24,000 bases of DNA from Methanobacterium sp. (GTDB taxonomy: Archaea > Methanobacteriota > Methanobacteria > Methanobacteriales > Methanobacteriaceae): NCBI RefSeq assembly GCF_016217785.1, contig NZ_JACRGA010000005.1, positions 1 to 24,000 of the forward strand, read 5' to 3'. This document shows, one piece after another, positions 23,593-24,000 of this stretch; within the stretch, counting starts at the first letter, position 1, and each line of letters starts with the position of its first letter. The notes beneath the pieces were generated by a model. That model saw only the letters and a list, made by a program, of their open reading frames with translations, was not told where the DNA came from and did no database searches. The position numbers and the translations under genes were made by a program.

Positions 23593-24000
23593 TTAATCCT
23601 CTTTTTTCATAGAATCCCATAAAATATCTAAATTAGACTGCATCCGCTCCCCTAATGGCATTGCAGGCATTCCTATCCACATTAGAACTGTTCCTACCAT
23701 GGCAGTCTGGATAAGTAATGAATATTTGTTAGAATCAATATCTTCTCTCAGTATGCCTTGAGCTATACCATCATCAATTACTTCCTTAATGAATTCCAAC
23801 AAGTTGTAATAGAATTCTGTGTAATTTTTGCTTATTATTTCATATTTCTGAACACCTTCAAACAAAAGGAGGTGTAGGGTCCGGTAATCTATTTTTTCCG
23901 CACGTTCCACCAGTTGAGTAGTGGTGTTAATAGTTGAATCGTCTCCTACAATTAACAATATCACAGTTTTTAGTTTTTCTTTGTGTGTGCCCTCAAAATC
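23593..24000 (-). CDS. Probable TetR/AcrR-family regulator, C-terminal ligand-binding part only. The N-terminal HTH would lie beyond the window.
   Basis: The frame of track ORF 23593..23964 stays open upstream to position 24000 (...DFEGTHKEKLKTVILLIVGDD...), so the gene is truncated by the window edge. The all-helical composition, the size and the neighbourhood (MFS and ABM genes) fit a TetR C-terminal domain, but no diagnostic HTH is visible. Confidence 0.4.
   Translation of the reverse strand, partial: DFEGTHKEKLKTVILLIVGDDSTINTTTQLVERAEKIDYRTLHLLLFEGVQKYEIISKNYTEFYYNLLEFIKEVIDDGIAQGILREDIDSNKYSLLIQTAMVGTVLMWIGMPAMPLGERMQSNLDILWDSMKKED

Overview
This window looks like an archaeal chromosome segment, most plausibly from a Methanobacterium-like member of the Methanobacteriales. 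It carries archaeal information-processing genes (TBP, FEN-1 with a C-terminal PIP box, Pelota, Cdc48) and methanogen coenzyme-B genes (an AksA-type homocitrate synthase lacking the regulatory domain, plus HacA). GGAGGTGA/GGTGA Shine-Dalgarno sites, TTTATATA-type TATA boxes and AT-rich spacers fit this assignment. Gene order also resembles what I recall for Methanothermobacter (TBP, AksA/HacA, FEN-1, Cdc48, TyrA), but that is from memory and unverified.

Gene content, left to right:
- a partial, large secreted adhesin-like protein (minus strand)
- a divergent MraY/WecA-like membrane transferase
- Pelota
- a small hypothetical protein
- prephenate dehydrogenase with an unusual C-terminal domain
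- Cdc48
- S-adenosyl/inosyl-homocysteine hydrolase
- two tandem uncharacterised paralogues
- FEN-1
- an aksA-hacA-UbiC-like operon
- a CYTH protein
- a basic coiled-coil protein
- TBP
- a SerB/coiled-coil fusion
- an MFS transporter
- a 58-aa membrane peptide missed by the ORF track
- an ABM-domain protein
- a partial TetR-like regulator

I found no rRNA, tRNA, CRISPR array or obvious mobile element, so this is mostly conserved core genome. The items most worth follow-up are:
- the ahcY-linked tandem paralogue pair with an HxxE...H...E metal-hydrolase-like signature
- an FDX-ACB-like domain fused to TyrA
- a UbiC-fold gene translationally coupled to hacA in an organism expected to lack quinones
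- the SerB/coiled-coil fusion
- an apparently non-canonical ATA start on the adhesin gene
- several intergenic repeat or palindrome arrays

All family assignments come from motif recognition by eye. No searches were run.
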